Assembly: GCA_934465295.1 (NCBI GenBank)
Contig: CAKSKU010000013.1
Span: forward strand, 47 to 64,046
Source of the DNA: an uncultured Oscillospiraceae bacterium
GTDB lineage: Bacteria; Bacillota; Clostridia; Oscillospirales; Ruminococcaceae
Length of the DNA: 64,000 nt
Direction of reading: 5' to 3'
Part shown: in pieces, positions 27,136-37,678 of the stretch
How positions within the stretch are numbered: the first letter of the stretch is position 1
Layout: each line of letters opens with the position of its first letter
Translations under genes and position numbers: made by a program
Notes under the pieces: generated by a model
Databases searched by the model: none
Told to the model about the DNA's origin: nothing
The model's input: only the letters and a program-made list of their open reading frames with translations

Positions 27136-28525
27136 ATTGGCTTATGCTTTCCTCTTTTTGCTTCCGGGCAAACTTCTTTGCAGGTCGGCAGCATATAAGC
27201 GCTATGAATATGAGCACGGCTGTCGTAGCAAGGCTAATCGGGTAGGCGGTCATTATCGTGTTGAAGGTCGGTTCTTTGGGAAAGATCATCTTTATCCATG
27301 CAATTCTTACACCGCAGACGCCTATCGTTGTCAGTATCGCAGGGACGAGCGAGATGCCGAAGCCTCGCAGATATCCCGACATGACCTCATAAAGCATACT
27401 GAATGTGTAAGCGGTGAAGATCATTTTCAGACGGACAAAGCCAAGCTCGATGACCTGTGGGTCGTTGTTGAAAACGGCGAGCATATATTTTCCCGAAAGG
27501 AGTACAAGAGCTATTGCCGCTGCCGTCGCTATCGCATCTTCGACAATGCAGATAGCAAGTGTTTTTTTGCAGCGGTCTATCTGCTTTGCACCGTAGTTCT
27601 GTCCGACGAATGTTGTGCAAGCCTGACTGAACGAATTCAGCACATAATATGCGAAGCACTCGATATTGAAAGCCGCACTCGAAGCCGCCATAACTATCTT
27701 GCCGAGGCTGTTTATAGCCGCCTGGATAATGATGTTCGAGAGCGCAAAAACCGCTCCCTGAATACCCGCAGGCAGACCTATCCTCAATATCCTGCCGAGC
27801 GTTTTTAAGTCAATGCGTATCTTTTTCGGTTCAAGCTTAACATAGCTTTCCGATATGATAAGCTTTCGGAAAAGCAGCACCGAGCTTACCGCATTGGAGA
27901 TAACAGTCGCTATCGCAACGCCGTTTACGGTCATTTTCAGCACCGCCACAAAGAAAAGATTGAGCAGGACATTGAGTACGCCCGAAGCCGTGAGTGCGAT
28001 AAGCGGAGTTTTCGTATCGCCGATGCTTCGGAATATCGCCGCTTCAAAATTATACAGCAGTATCACGGGCATTCCGAAAAGATATATCCGCAGATAAAGC
28101 AGAGCCAGCGGAAAAACATCATCGGGAACGTTCAGCGACCGAAGCAGCATTCCCGAAAAAAGCTCACCAAGAACTGCGATGAAAATTCCCCCGAGAACAG
28201 CCACTGCGACCGAGGTATGTACAGCCTTGTGGACGGCTTCCCTGTCGCTCCGTCCTATCGCATTGGCAATGACAACGTTCGCACCGAGGGCGATGCCGAC
28301 GAAAAGGTTGACTATAAGACCTATCACGGGGCTGTTCGCTCCGACCGCTGCGACCGCCGCAGTGCTTTCATCTCCCGTAAAATTTCCGACGACCGCAACA
28401 TCGGAGGCGTTGAAAAGCTGCTCCAGTACCGCCGTCGCCGCAACGGGCAGCGCAAACATCGGCAGTCCTTTCCGGAGAGAGCCGTTCAGCATATCGATCT
28501 GACGGCGCTTGACTTCTTTTTCCAT
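27134..28525 (-). CDS. MATE family efflux transporter
   Basis: 463 aa with 12 TM segments and a typical MATE N-terminus (LPMFALPVAATAVLEQLFNASD). Confidence 0.85.
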   Translation of the reverse strand: MEKEVKRRQIDMLNGSLRKGLPMFALPVAATAVLEQLFNASDVAVVGNFTGDESTAAVAAVGANSPVIGLIVNLFVGIALGANVVIANAIGRSDREAVHKAVHTSVAVAVLGGIFIAVLGELFSGMLLRSLNVPDDVFPLALLYLRIYLFGMPVILLYNFEAAIFRSIGDTKTPLIALTASGVLNVLLNLFFVAVLKMTVNGVAIATVISNAVSSVLLFRKLIISESYVKLEPKKIRIDLKTLGRILRIGLPAGIQGAVFALSNIIIQAAINSLGKIVMAASSAAFNIECFAYYVLNSFSQACTTFVGQNYGAKQIDRCKKTLAICIVEDAIATAAAIALVLLSGKYMLAVFNNDPQVIELGFVRLKMIFTAYTFSMLYEVMSGYLRGFGISLVPAILTTIGVCGVRIAWIKMIFPKEPTFNTIMTAYPISLATTAVLIFIALICCRPAKKFARKQKEESISQ

Positions 28526-28610
28526 TCACATCATTCCTTTTTTCATTTTTCCTTATTCAAGTTATATTATATCACTTGATCTTATAATAGCAAATACTTA
28601 TTAAGAATGG

Positions 28611-28649
28611 CTTATCATAGTTGACAGGAATGATAAGAATGGGTATAAT
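28611..28649. promoter_or_regulatory. LysR-type T-N11-A box overlapping the lysR promoter
   Basis: CTTATCAT-N11-ATGATAAG (28611-28637). TTGACA (28621-28626), 17-nt spacer, TATAAT (28644-28649). Confidence 0.6.
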
Positions 28650-28667
28650 ATAACCGAGGTGAGAGCA

Positions 28668-29549
28668 ATGGATATAAGGCTGCTCCGATATTTTTTAGCG
28701 GTCGCAAGAGAAAAAAACATTACAAAAGCTGCGGAAAGCCTTCATATTTCCCAGCCGTCTTTATCCAAGCAGATAATGGAGCTTGAACAGGAGATCGGAA
28801 AAAAGCTGCTCATCAGAGGGAAAAGGCAGATCACGCTGACCGAGGACGGCATTCTGCTGCGGAAACGTGCGGACGAGATAGTAAGGCTGCTCGAAAAAAC
28901 AGAGCGTGACCTTTCGGCAAACGTTCCCACCCTGAGCGGAGAGGTGACGATAGGCGGAACTCCCACAAAAACCGTGCTGACTGCAGCCGCAGAGCTTCGT
29001 GCGGATAACCCCGATGTGCGTTTTCAGTTTTACAGCAGCGACGCTATTGACGTCATGGAAAAGCTTGAACACGGAAGCCTTGATTTTTCTATCCACCTTG
29101 AACCTATCGATACCGTAAAATATGAGTATATCCCCCTGCACGATCCCTCGCACTGGGGACTGCTTATGATGAAGGACTGTAAGCTTGCCAAAAAGGATCG
29201 CATAGAAAGAGCGGATATCCTGTCCGTTCCGCTGATATTCCACCGCCGTGCAGGCTTGCAAAGGCTCATTTCGCACTGGGCGGAGACCGAGATCGAGAAT
29301 TTCAACGTTGCCGCCACATATAACATCGTGAACGGTTCGCCTACCCGATTTGTAAAAAGCGGACTGGGCTGCTTCCTTTCGACCGAGGATCAGCTTCCCG
29401 AGCAGCTTGATGAAAGCGTATGCTTCCGTCCGCTTGAACCGCCGCTGGAGATCAATTATGCGTTGATATGGAAGCGTTATGCGGCACTTTCAAAAGCTGC
29501 GGCAGCTTATATTGAAAAAGTAAGGCGTATTATTGCCGATAATGATTGA
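28668..29549 (+). CDS. LysR family transcriptional regulator
   Basis: HTH MDIRLLRYFLAVAREKNITKAAESLHISQPSLSKQI. Divergent from the MATE gene. Confidence 0.9.
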   Translation: MDIRLLRYFLAVAREKNITKAAESLHISQPSLSKQIMELEQEIGKKLLIRGKRQITLTEDGILLRKRADEIVRLLEKTERDLSANVPTLSGEVTIGGTPTKTVLTAAAELRADNPDVRFQFYSSDAIDVMEKLEHGSLDFSIHLEPIDTVKYEYIPLHDPSHWGLLMMKDCKLAKKDRIERADILSVPLIFHRRAGLQRLISHWAETEIENFNVAATYNIVNGSPTRFVKSGLGCFLSTEDQLPEQLDESVCFRPLEPPLEINYALIWKRYAALSKAAAAYIEKVRRIIADND

Positions 29550-29684
29550 CCTATGAAAATGCCCGATATGATCTTTTGCTTCATATCGGGCATTTCGTCT
29601 TTATACAAACTTTTTTTACACTTATTTGAAAAAATCCTTGACACTACGATCATTGTAGGGTTTATAATTGTCTTATTCAATGAT

Positions 29685-29963
29685 TTAGGGGAAGTTTTTA
29701 ATGTGAAACCTGCCCGTGTCAAGCCCGTTCAGCAGGTCGGGTCCGTTCGCAGGCTCGGTCTGCACGGTCATCGCAGGATAGAACTGCGCCAGCAGGGGCG
29801 AAATTTTCCACACGGGAGCAGGAGCGCATATCCCGAATGATATTGTTCGGCGGCTTCGGTCGAGTGCCTGCACCTGCTTTGCGATGTTGTCAATTTCGGA
29901 TAAGACTTTTACGGAAAGTTCGGCGGCGAGCTGGCGGAGCTGATATATCTCGGGCATAAGCAC
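29685..29963 (-). pseudogene. LysR-family fragment (linker helix and start of effector domain only)
   Basis: 92 aa. ISFGICAPAPVWKISPLLAQFYP resembles the start of a LysR substrate-binding domain. There is no HTH and no C-terminal half. Confidence 0.4.
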
Positions 29964-30120
29964 ATCTCCTTAGTATAAATAAGTATAAATAATTTTTATA
30001 GCAGTATCAACAAACAGCATTGTACAAAGCTGATATTATAAGGTATAATATAGTCAAGGTCGGGAAACACTATAAACATTATAGCATATCTCGGCAAAGA
30101 AATCAATGTGAGATGATAAG

Positions 30121-30753
30121 ATGGTATTTTATTTTACCGCAACGGGCAACAGCCTTTATGCCGCACGTCAGCTTGACTGCGAATGTTACAGTATTCCGCA
30201 GGAAATGCACGGCGAAATGCTGTACAAAACCGAGACGATCGGCATAGTCTGCCCCGTCTGCGGTCACGAAATGCCGCAGCTTGTCAAGGACTTCATCGCA
30301 CAGACAAGTTTTGTAACGGACTATCTTTATCTTATCCTCACTTACGGAAACCGTCACGGCGGAGCATCGGAGCTTGCGGAGAGATTTGCACAGTCGGTCG
30401 GGAAGCATTTTCGGTACATAAACGTTCTGCTTATGCCCGATAAGTTCGCAAAGTCGGGATATCACGCAGAAAAAAGCGCATTTGTAAATGCCCCCGTGAT
30501 AACAGAGTTCCCCGTCGCACTCGAATGTGAGCTTGCGGAAATAGTAGATACCGAAAATCTCTATGCCGTCATCGGAAAGATAGTGAACGTGAGCGCAGAT
30601 GAAAAAGTGCTCTCGGAAAACGGCAAGATCGACCCGATGAAACTCAACGCACTCATCTTCGACCAGTTCCAATCGGGATATTACGTTGCCGCAGAAAAAG
30701 TCGGTCAGGCTTGGAACGCAGGCAAGGAAATGATGAAAAACGCACAGGAATAA
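30121..30753 (+). CDS. chimeric flavodoxin-like / flavin-reductase-like protein
   Basis: The N-terminal ~105 aa resemble EFR1-type flavodoxin-like proteins (MVFYFTATGNSLY). The C-terminal ~100 aa resemble the C-terminus of flavin reductase-like proteins (PVALECEL...GKIDPMKLN...YY). Confidence 0.5.
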   Translation: MVFYFTATGNSLYAARQLDCECYSIPQEMHGEMLYKTETIGIVCPVCGHEMPQLVKDFIAQTSFVTDYLYLILTYGNRHGGASELAERFAQSVGKHFRYINVLLMPDKFAKSGYHAEKSAFVNAPVITEFPVALECELAEIVDTENLYAVIGKIVNVSADEKVLSENGKIDPMKLNALIFDQFQSGYYVAAEKVGQAWNAGKEMMKNAQE

Positions 30754-30925
30754 TTTCAAATAAAGGCTCGGTACGCATAAAAACTAAAGTTTACGTCCAC
30801 GCTTTTCAAAGGGTGGCAGGGGGTCAAGGGGGACAGCGTCCCCTTGTCGCTTCCGCAGAAGCGAAACTCCCTAAACTAACAGCTAATGCATTGCTGCAAC
30901 AGCGAAATCAGTAACAAATAAAAAA

Positions 30926-31001
30926 GGCGCAATTCACACGAAAAAAGGTAAAACGAACTATGAGAAATCAGTTTCGTAAAACCAATAATGTGAATTGCGC
31001 C
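30926..31001. terminator. long-loop hairpin flanked by A/T runs (bidirectional terminator candidate)
   Basis: 13-bp stem GGCGCAATTCACA / TGTGAATTGCGCC, with A6 upstream and T6 downstream. Confidence 0.45.
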
Positions 31002-31232
31002 AATTCTTTTTTCCTCAAAGAAACTGTCCTTGCAGATAATATATGCGAACAAAGTGAACATATATTATCTGCAACGCAATATGAACAGCTACGTGAAATG
31101 AACGGTAAAGCACCGATCAAAAGTAGTGCCGTCATAAAATACGCAGAACGAAAGAGATAAGCATTTTATACTGACATAGCTTGAACGATATTGGGATATT
31201 ACTGTGACATCAACAATCACATCATAACTGCA

Positions 31233-31955
31233 CTACCGCAAAACAACTTCCCCAAAGAACTGCCAAATCTCGTCAGCGCTGTCAGCCGCCGCACGGATAC
31301 ATACACCCTTTGCGGCATCGGTCGAGGCAAACTCTATCCTCTCACATTCGGGCATGCTCGGCTCTTTGCCGTAAATATACATCATTCCAACGTGCGAACG
31401 ATTTTCAAAGAAACCCGTCCCCGAAAGTGATGTTTCGCTCGGGATAAGCTTCTGATTATCGAGAAAGCAAAGCTTCCCATCAACATATACAGCCGTCCTT
31501 GAACGGTAGCTTGTGAACTCAAAGCGTTCTTTCATTGCAGTTCTTCCGCAGGATAGAATGTCCGTCATCGCAAAGCTGCTGTCCTCCTGCAAATGCACCT
31601 CGGTACGAGTGTCGAAAATACTTCCACCAAACGGTATCACGGGACAGGGCATATAAATAAGGCTTCCGCCGCTTTCAACGGTGATCTTTACACGCTGCGA
31701 TGCGCCAACGCTTTCTGCCTTGAATAGCTTCGTGTAGGACTGCGCCGTGAATTTAAGGCTTGCACCTGACTTGACGGTAAGCTCGATATCATAATGATCG
31801 CCCTCAAGAATACCTGCGCTTGCCGCCATCATCATGACCTCGGTATGGTCATCACGGTAAAAGGGGTTCGCTATCTTCAGCGGCGAGGTGAATTCCGTGT
31901 CGGCAATGACCGTCCGACCGTTTCTGTTCTCGGCGGTAAGCTTTAAGATACTCAT
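31233..31955 (-). CDS. ureD: urease accessory protein UreD
   Basis: 240 aa, last gene of the ure cluster, overlapping the ureG stop. Confidence 0.8.
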   Translation of the reverse strand: MSILKLTAENRNGRTVIADTEFTSPLKIANPFYRDDHTEVMMMAASAGILEGDHYDIELTVKSGASLKFTAQSYTKLFKAESVGASQRVKITVESGGSLIYMPCPVIPFGGSIFDTRTEVHLQEDSSFAMTDILSCGRTAMKERFEFTSYRSRTAVYVDGKLCFLDNQKLIPSETSLSGTGFFENRSHVGMMYIYGKEPSMPECERIEFASTDAAKGVCIRAAADSADEIWQFFGEVVLR

Positions 31956-32563
31956 TTTAAGTCCTCAAAAAGGACGTTTTTCTTTATCCAGTCGATAACA
32001 GCGTCAACGCCGTCAAGGGTCATAAGGTTCGTGAACATAAACGGTCTGTCCCCTCTCATTCGCTTTGAATCGGACGCCATGACTTCAAGGCTCGCACCAA
32101 CGAGCGGCGCAAGATCGGTCTTGTTTATAACGAGCAGATCGGAACGTGTAACGCCCGGACCGCCCTTTCTCGGTATCTTTTCGCCCTGCGCAACATCGAT
32201 AACGTAGATAGAAGCGTCTGCAAGGTCGGGCGAAAACGTTGCGGAGAGGTTGTCGCCGCCGCTTTCGATAAAGATTATCTGAACATCGGGGAAACGTGCA
32301 GCCATTTCATCGACCGCTTCAAGATTCATCGAGCAGTCCTCACGGATAGCAGTATGAGGACAGCCGCCCGTTTCAACGCCGACTATCCTTTCGGGCGGAA
32401 GAGCCGAGTTCTTGATAAGGAATTCAGCGTCCTCCTTTGTGTAAATATCGTTCGTAACAACACAAATGCTGTATTCCTTTGACATTTTTCTTGTAAGGCG
32501 TTCGATAAGTGCGGTCTTGCCTGAACCAACAGGGCCGCCAACGCCGATCTTTACATAAGCCAT
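31952..32563 (-). CDS. ureG: urease accessory GTPase UreG
   Basis: P-loop GPVGSGKT and a CPH motif ([11 protein letters not shown]). Confidence 0.95.
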   Translation of the reverse strand: MAYVKIGVGGPVGSGKTALIERLTRKMSKEYSICVVTNDIYTKEDAEFLIKNSALPPERIVGVETGGCPHTAIREDCSMNLEAVDEMAARFPDVQIIFIESGGDNLSATFSPDLADASIYVIDVAQGEKIPRKGGPGVTRSDLLVINKTDLAPLVGASLEVMASDSKRMRGDRPFMFTNLMTLDGVDAVIDWIKKNVLFEDLK

Positions 32564-32586
32564 TTTTATTTCTCCCTATCAAAATA

Positions 32587-33264
32587 TCAAGATATATAAA
32601 TTCTCGAATAAAGCTTTTCATGCTCCATTGAACGCAGATCAAAGCCTGCACCGCCGATGCCGAGATCGTCCGTTTCCGCTTTCATCGCAAGCTCCGCCGC
32701 TTTCGGTATCTCCTCTATCGCCTTTGCAAGAGCCGCCTGACCGTCAAGCTGACTTAGCGGAACGAGCTTCGCAGCGTGATTTACCATTGACGAAAGCAGG
32801 CTGTAACAGTACATCGCAACACCGTCATAAACGTCTGCGCCGATATCACGGATAAAAAGTCCGACCGCAACAGGGTGACTTCCGTTCGCTTTGCCCTCGG
32901 CAATATTTTTTCCGTATTCTTCAAGCAGAGGACATTTTCCCATTGCCGCTTCTGTCTTTATCAAACGCCTGCAAAGATTCCTGCTGCCGTTCCGCAGTTC
33001 AAAAGGCGACCTTGCCGCCGCAAAAAGCTCGTCAAGCAGCAGAAAATCATCTCCGAGTGCCGACCTTGCTGCGAAGCCTGCGTCTCCCGTTGGAAGAGTG
33101 TAGAGATAAGCTTTCAGAAACTCCGAAAGGCTGTTTTTGTCCTTGACGATGTTCTTCTGAACGTAGGTCTCCATACCGTTGGAAAGCGTGAACGCACCTA
33201 TCGGGAACAGCGGATCAAGTGCCTGAACGAGCTGCAGAAACGGCATTTTGTCAATGGTGTTCAT
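32587..33264 (-). CDS. ureF: urease accessory protein UreF
   Basis: LLQLVQALDPLFPIGAFTLSNGMETY pattern. The start is uncertain (33264 or 33246). Confidence 0.85.
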   Translation of the reverse strand: MNTIDKMPFLQLVQALDPLFPIGAFTLSNGMETYVQKNIVKDKNSLSEFLKAYLYTLPTGDAGFAARSALGDDFLLLDELFAAARSPFELRNGSRNLCRRLIKTEAAMGKCPLLEEYGKNIAEGKANGSHPVAVGLFIRDIGADVYDGVAMYCYSLLSSMVNHAAKLVPLSQLDGQAALAKAIEEIPKAAELAMKAETDDLGIGGAGFDLRSMEHEKLYSRIYIS

Positions 33265-33772
33265 GATGTCCTTCACCATGGTGATGCTCATGTTCATGAT
33301 GCTCGTGCGAATGCTGAGCATTTCCGTGAGCATCGGTGTGAGCGTGACCCTTACATTCGGTGTAGCCCGTGAATTTTTCGTGGGTCTTTACCGCATTGAA
33401 TCCGAGCTTTTTCAGATACTCAAAAGTCGGTTCATCGTAAGGGCATTTTACATTGTCGTGACCGATAGCAAGCGATAAATGGCGGTTTCCAAGCTCAAAA
33501 CAGAGCCGTCCCATTTCCTCTATCGAACCAATGCTCACGCTGATAAGGTCGGACGGTGCGATCGTGACAACAACAAGCCTGTTTTCGTCCTCATAGATGA
33601 TGTCGTTCTCGTTGAGCGGCTCGCCGATCTTTATTCCGATATCTTCGCCCGAATCTGTGGTCTTGCGGAGAAGCTTTTTATCACGCTCGAACCAATCGAC
33701 CGAAACATATTCTATTTTTTTATCGGTCTTGAAATTTTCGTCAAGCTTTCCGATTATTTTTTCCGTTATCAT
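33251..33772 (-). CDS. ureE: urease accessory nickel chaperone UreE with His-rich tail
   Basis: UreE N-domain pattern. The C-terminal tail is HAHTDAHGNAQHSHEHHEHEHHHGEGHHEHH. Confidence 0.9.
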   Translation of the reverse strand: MITEKIIGKLDENFKTDKKIEYVSVDWFERDKKLLRKTTDSGEDIGIKIGEPLNENDIIYEDENRLVVVTIAPSDLISVSIGSIEEMGRLCFELGNRHLSLAIGHDNVKCPYDEPTFEYLKKLGFNAVKTHEKFTGYTECKGHAHTDAHGNAQHSHEHHEHEHHHGEGHHEHH

Positions 33773-33784
33773 AGGTCATGCTCC

Positions 33785-35497
33785 TTAAAAAAGGTAGTAT
33801 TTCTGCGTAAGAGGAAGCTTTTTCGCCGCTTCGCAGGTTATGAGCTTTCCGTCAACGGTTACACGGTAATTTTCGGGATCGACCTTGATATCGCCCGTTA
33901 CATCGTTGAAGCGCATATCCTTTTTGCCGATATTACGGCAGTTTTTCACGGGGAGAACTATTCTCTGAAGTCCGAGGCGCTCCTTGATGCCGTTTTCAAC
34001 AGCCGCACCCGATACAAAGCTTATGCAGCAGCGCTTTACGGCAAGTCCGTTTGCGCCGAACATCTTTGTGTAAACGACAGGCTGAGGTGTCGGGATAGAA
34101 GCGTTCGCATCACCCATTTTTGAAGCGCAGATAAAGCCGCCCTTGATTATCATTTCGGGCTTTACGCCGAACATTGATGGCTTCCAGAGTACAAGATCGG
34201 CGAATTTTCCGACCTCGACCGAGCCGACATAATCGGCGATGCCGTGCGTGATCGCAGGGTTAATCGTGTATTTTGAAACATAACGCTTTATTCTGAAATT
34301 ATCATTGCGTTCGCTGTCCTCGGGGAGAGTTCCTCGCTGATCTTTCATCTTTGAAGCCGTCTGCCAAGTCCTTGTGATGACCTCGCCGACACGTCCCATT
34401 GCCTGCGAGTCGCTCGACATCATACTGAAAATGCCCATATCGTGGAGAACGTCCTCAGCGGCAATTGTCTCGGGACGTATTCTCGAATCGGCGAAAGCAA
34501 CGTCCTCTGGGACTTTGCTGTCAAGATGATGGCATACCATAAGCATATCAAGATGCTCGTCTATCGTGTTGACGGTGAAAGGCATAGTCGGGTTCGTGGA
34601 CGAGGGAAGAACGTTCGGGAACGCTGCCGCCTTGATAATGTCGGGAGCGTGTCCGCCGCCTGCACCCTCGGTGTGGTAGGTGTGGATAGTTCTGCCGTTT
34701 ATTGCGGCGAGGGTATCCTCTACAAAACCGCCCTCGTTGAGAGTGTCGGTGTGGATAGAGACCTGAACGTCATATTTGTCCGCAACGGTCAGAGCCTTGT
34801 CGATAACGGACGGAGTTGCGCCCCAGTCCTCATGTATCTTCAAGCCGCAAGCACCTGCTTCGACCTGCTCGGTGAGGGTCTCGATGCCGGCGCTGTTGCC
34901 CTTGCCGAGATAGCCGAGGTTCATCGGGTATTCTTCCGAAGCCTCGAGCATTTTTTCAATGTTGAATCTGCCCGGTGAGCAAGTGGTAGCGTTCGTGCCG
35001 TCGGCAGGACCCGTACCGCCGCCTATCATCGTTGTGATGCCCGAATAAAGCGCAGTTTCGATCTGCGTCGGGCTGATGAAGTGGATATGCGTGTCGATGC
35101 CGCCAGCGGTGAGGATAAGTCCCTCGCCTGCGATAGCTTCGGTCGATGCGCCGAAAACGAGCGAGGGCGTAACGCCGTCCATAATGTCGGGGTTGCCAGC
35201 CTTGCCGATGCCGCAGATCTTTCCGTCCTTTATGCCGATATCAGCCTTGTAGATGCCCGTTGAGTCGATAACGACTGCGCTTGTTATCACCGTGTCGGGA
35301 CATTCGCTGTCAGGTACGGAGCAGGACTGTCCCATACCGTCACGGAGCGACTTTCCGCCGCCGAATTTTGCTTCTTCGCCGTAAACGCAGTAGTCCTTTT
35401 CGACCTCGGCGATGAGCGAAGTATCACCCAGACGAATTCTGTCGCCCGTTGTAGGGCCGTACATATCAGCATACTGCTTTCTTGACATTTTGAACAT
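33785..35497 (-). CDS. ureC: urease subunit alpha
   Basis: 570 aa, with the MGQS, HxH (THIHF), KIHEDWG and MVCHHL motifs. The start is placed after the ureAB stop. Confidence 0.95.
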   Translation of the reverse strand: MFKMSRKQYADMYGPTTGDRIRLGDTSLIAEVEKDYCVYGEEAKFGGGKSLRDGMGQSCSVPDSECPDTVITSAVVIDSTGIYKADIGIKDGKICGIGKAGNPDIMDGVTPSLVFGASTEAIAGEGLILTAGGIDTHIHFISPTQIETALYSGITTMIGGGTGPADGTNATTCSPGRFNIEKMLEASEEYPMNLGYLGKGNSAGIETLTEQVEAGACGLKIHEDWGATPSVIDKALTVADKYDVQVSIHTDTLNEGGFVEDTLAAINGRTIHTYHTEGAGGGHAPDIIKAAAFPNVLPSSTNPTMPFTVNTIDEHLDMLMVCHHLDSKVPEDVAFADSRIRPETIAAEDVLHDMGIFSMMSSDSQAMGRVGEVITRTWQTASKMKDQRGTLPEDSERNDNFRIKRYVSKYTINPAITHGIADYVGSVEVGKFADLVLWKPSMFGVKPEMIIKGGFICASKMGDANASIPTPQPVVYTKMFGANGLAVKRCCISFVSGAAVENGIKERLGLQRIVLPVKNCRNIGKKDMRFNDVTGDIKVDPENYRVTVDGKLITCEAAKKLPLTQKYYLF

Positions 35498-35498
35498 T

Positions 35499-36188
35499 TT
35501 ACTCGCCCTCCCCGAACAAGAAACCTTTTTCCTTAGCCTTTGCGATCGCCTTTGCCTTAACATCAGGGTCGTCCATTGCGCCCTGAACAAGATCGTTAAG
35601 TCCGAAGCCGACACGCTTTCCGCCGATAGCGATAAGCTTTACTCGCTTGCTCTCGCCCGGTTCAAAACGCACCGCTGTTCCTGCAGGGATATCAAGGCGC
35701 ATACCGTAAGCAAGTCCTCGGTTGAATTCGAGTGCCTTGTTGACCTCGAAAAAGTGGAAGTGCGAACCGACTTGAATAGGTCTGTCGGCTGTGTTTGTAA
35801 CAGTAAGCTCGGAACTGTCCTTGCCCGAATTTATTTCTATCTCGCCGTCCTCGATAAGAAGCTCGCCGGGGATAATATTGTTGTTCGGCACGATAGGTTC
35901 GTGAACGGTGACAAGCTTAGTTCCGTCGGGAAAAGTCGCTTCAAGCTGAATCTCGTGTATCATTTCGGGTACGCCGTCCATAACATCATCGCAGGTCAGA
36001 AGCTGCTTTCCGATGCTCATAAGCTCGGTAACGGTCCTACCGTCACGGGCAAGTTCGAGCAATTCGGAGGTTATGTAAGCGATAGCCTCGGGGTAGTTGA
36101 GCTTCAATCCCCTCGCCATTCGCTGTTTCGCAAGCTCGCCTGCGGAGTGTATCATCAATCTTTCCTGCTCTCTCGGTGTAAGATGCAT
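35499..36188 (-). CDS. ureAB: fused urease gamma-beta subunit
   Basis: [11 protein letters not shown] (gamma) continues without a stop into IPGE...VGSHFHFFE (beta). 229 aa. Confidence 0.9.
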   Translation of the reverse strand: MHLTPREQERLMIHSAGELAKQRMARGLKLNYPEAIAYITSELLELARDGRTVTELMSIGKQLLTCDDVMDGVPEMIHEIQLEATFPDGTKLVTVHEPIVPNNNIIPGELLIEDGEIEINSGKDSSELTVTNTADRPIQVGSHFHFFEVNKALEFNRGLAYGMRLDIPAGTAVRFEPGESKRVKLIAIGGKRVGFGLNDLVQGAMDDPDVKAKAIAKAKEKGFLFGEGE

Positions 36189-36256
36189 TTTTCTCATTCC
36201 TTTCAGAATATACGCCGAAAATCCGTGCGCAGAATGCGGACGGATAAGCGGTAATT

Positions 36257-36568
36257 TTATTTGTGCATTATAATTTTCTTTACAACGCCGTTCGGATCCT
36301 TTATAAGGACAATTACTGTCCATATAACAAGTCCGAGAGCAACGACAGACAAGCCTAAAAATCCGTCATTTATCATAGACATTGTATCGGGTACGAAAAA
36401 TTCAGCACCCATTTCCATATACTCAACAACAGCGTCAACAAGCCACATCAGTGATGCTCCCCAGTACATACAGCAGAGCGTCCCGATCTTCATTTCACGA
36501 GCCTTGCTGCTTGTGTACCATACAGCCGTTGAAATTACTGCTGCGAATATAGTTATAAGAAGTGTCAT
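36257..36568 (-). CDS. small 3-TM membrane protein, unknown function (paralog of upstream gene)
   Basis: 103 aa. The start overlaps the stop of the preceding gene. [27 protein letters not shown] is similar to the partner. Confidence 0.6.
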   Translation of the reverse strand: MTLLITIFAAVISTAVWYTSSKAREMKIGTLCCMYWGASLMWLVDAVVEYMEMGAEFFVPDTMSMINDGFLGLSVVALGLVIWTVIVLIKDPNGVVKKIIMHK

Positions 36569-36954
36569 TATTCTGCACTCTCCTTTGCGGCCTGGTCAGC
36601 TTTCTTTCTTACTGCTGCTCCGATGCATAAAATTCCTGCCCAGACGGCTGTTACAAGCGCCGCCATTGCAACGCCAGATGTCGCAATTTCGTGCAGCATC
36701 ACCTGAGCTGTTTCGGGGTCGTTTGCCGCCGTTAAGAACGGGAAAAACGGAACGACTTCGCCGTGCCAGATATGCTCGAATGCAAGCAGAGCAGAGCCGC
36801 CCCAGAGCATCTTGTTGAGCAGTCCGAGCTTTTCGGAGAATTTGCAGGTGAGTTCCTTTCCCTCACGTTCAGCCTTACATTCGTGCGAATGAAGAACCTT
36901 TTCTGTAATAGTTGTAACGATAGCTTCCGTTACGGGTACGATAAAGCAAGCCAT
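36568..36954 (-). CDS. small membrane protein, unknown function, with His/Cys motifs
   Basis: 128 aa. Contains HSHECK and FEHIWHGE motifs and 2-3 TM segments. It lies between urtE and ureAB. Confidence 0.6.
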   Translation of the reverse strand: MACFIVPVTEAIVTTITEKVLHSHECKAEREGKELTCKFSEKLGLLNKMLWGGSALLAFEHIWHGEVVPFFPFLTAANDPETAQVMLHEIATSGVAMAALVTAVWAGILCIGAAVRKKADQAAKESAE

Positions 36955-36985
36955 AAATAATTCCTCCCTGATAGAAATTAGTGTA

Positions 36986-37678
36986 TTACTCCGTCATAAG
37001 GCGGCGTATCTCATTATGATCGTTTTCGTTCCGTTCGCCCTTGAAGACGATAGAACCCTTTTCCATTACATATATCTCCTCCGCATTTTCAAGCACGAAG
37101 TCGAGATACTGTTCAACGAGCAGCACCGTGATGCCTTTCCACTCGTTTATTCGGCGTATCGCTGCGCCGATGTCCTGAATGATGGACGGCTGAATACCCT
37201 CGGTCGGTTCATCGAGAATGATTATCTTCGGTTCAGCCGCCAATGCCCTCGCAATTGCCAGCTGCTGCTGCTGACCGCCCGAAAGGTCGCCGCCTTTTCT
37301 CTTTGCGAACTTCGGAAGTATCGGAAATAGCTCATAGAGGTAATCGGGAACTTTTCCCTTTCCGCCGAGCGGCTGCAAGCCAAGCTCAATGTTCTCCTGA
37401 ACGGTCATCTGCGGAAAGATATCACGTCCCTGCGGAACATATCCGATGCCGAGCTTTACTCTTTCGTAGGTCGGCATTCTGATAATGTCCTTTCCGTCAA
37501 AAATTATCTTTCCGGAGGGAGTTTTTACAAGTCCCATTATGCTTTTGAGTGTCGTGCTTTTGCCAACGCCGTTTCGACCGATAAGGCTCACTATCTTTCC
37601 TTTCGGAACTTCAAATGAAAGGTCGCTTATGACCTTGCTTTCGCCGTAGCAAGCGTCAATATGTTCAACTTTGAGCAT
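36986..37678 (-). CDS. urtE: urea ABC transporter ATP-binding protein UrtE
   Basis: Walker A GRNGVGKST and signature LSGGQQQ. 230 aa. Fifth gene of the urt set. Confidence 0.85.
   Translation of the reverse strand: MLKVEHIDACYGESKVISDLSFEVPKGKIVSLIGRNGVGKSTTLKSIMGLVKTPSGKIIFDGKDIIRMPTYERVKLGIGYVPQGRDIFPQMTVQENIELGLQPLGGKGKVPDYLYELFPILPKFAKRKGGDLSGGQQQQLAIARALAAEPKIIILDEPTEGIQPSIIQDIGAAIRRINEWKGITVLLVEQYLDFVLENAEEIYVMEKGSIVFKGERNENDHNEIRRLMTE

Noticed and set aside
29553-29840. 95-aa + strand ORF after the LysR gene
   Set aside because: It has no SD, it overlaps the minus-strand LysR fragment, and its composition is unremarkable. It is probably non-coding.
34442-36254. 178-aa and 280-aa + strand ORFs inside the urease genes
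   Set aside because: They are antisense to ureC and ureAB, whose identity is unambiguous.
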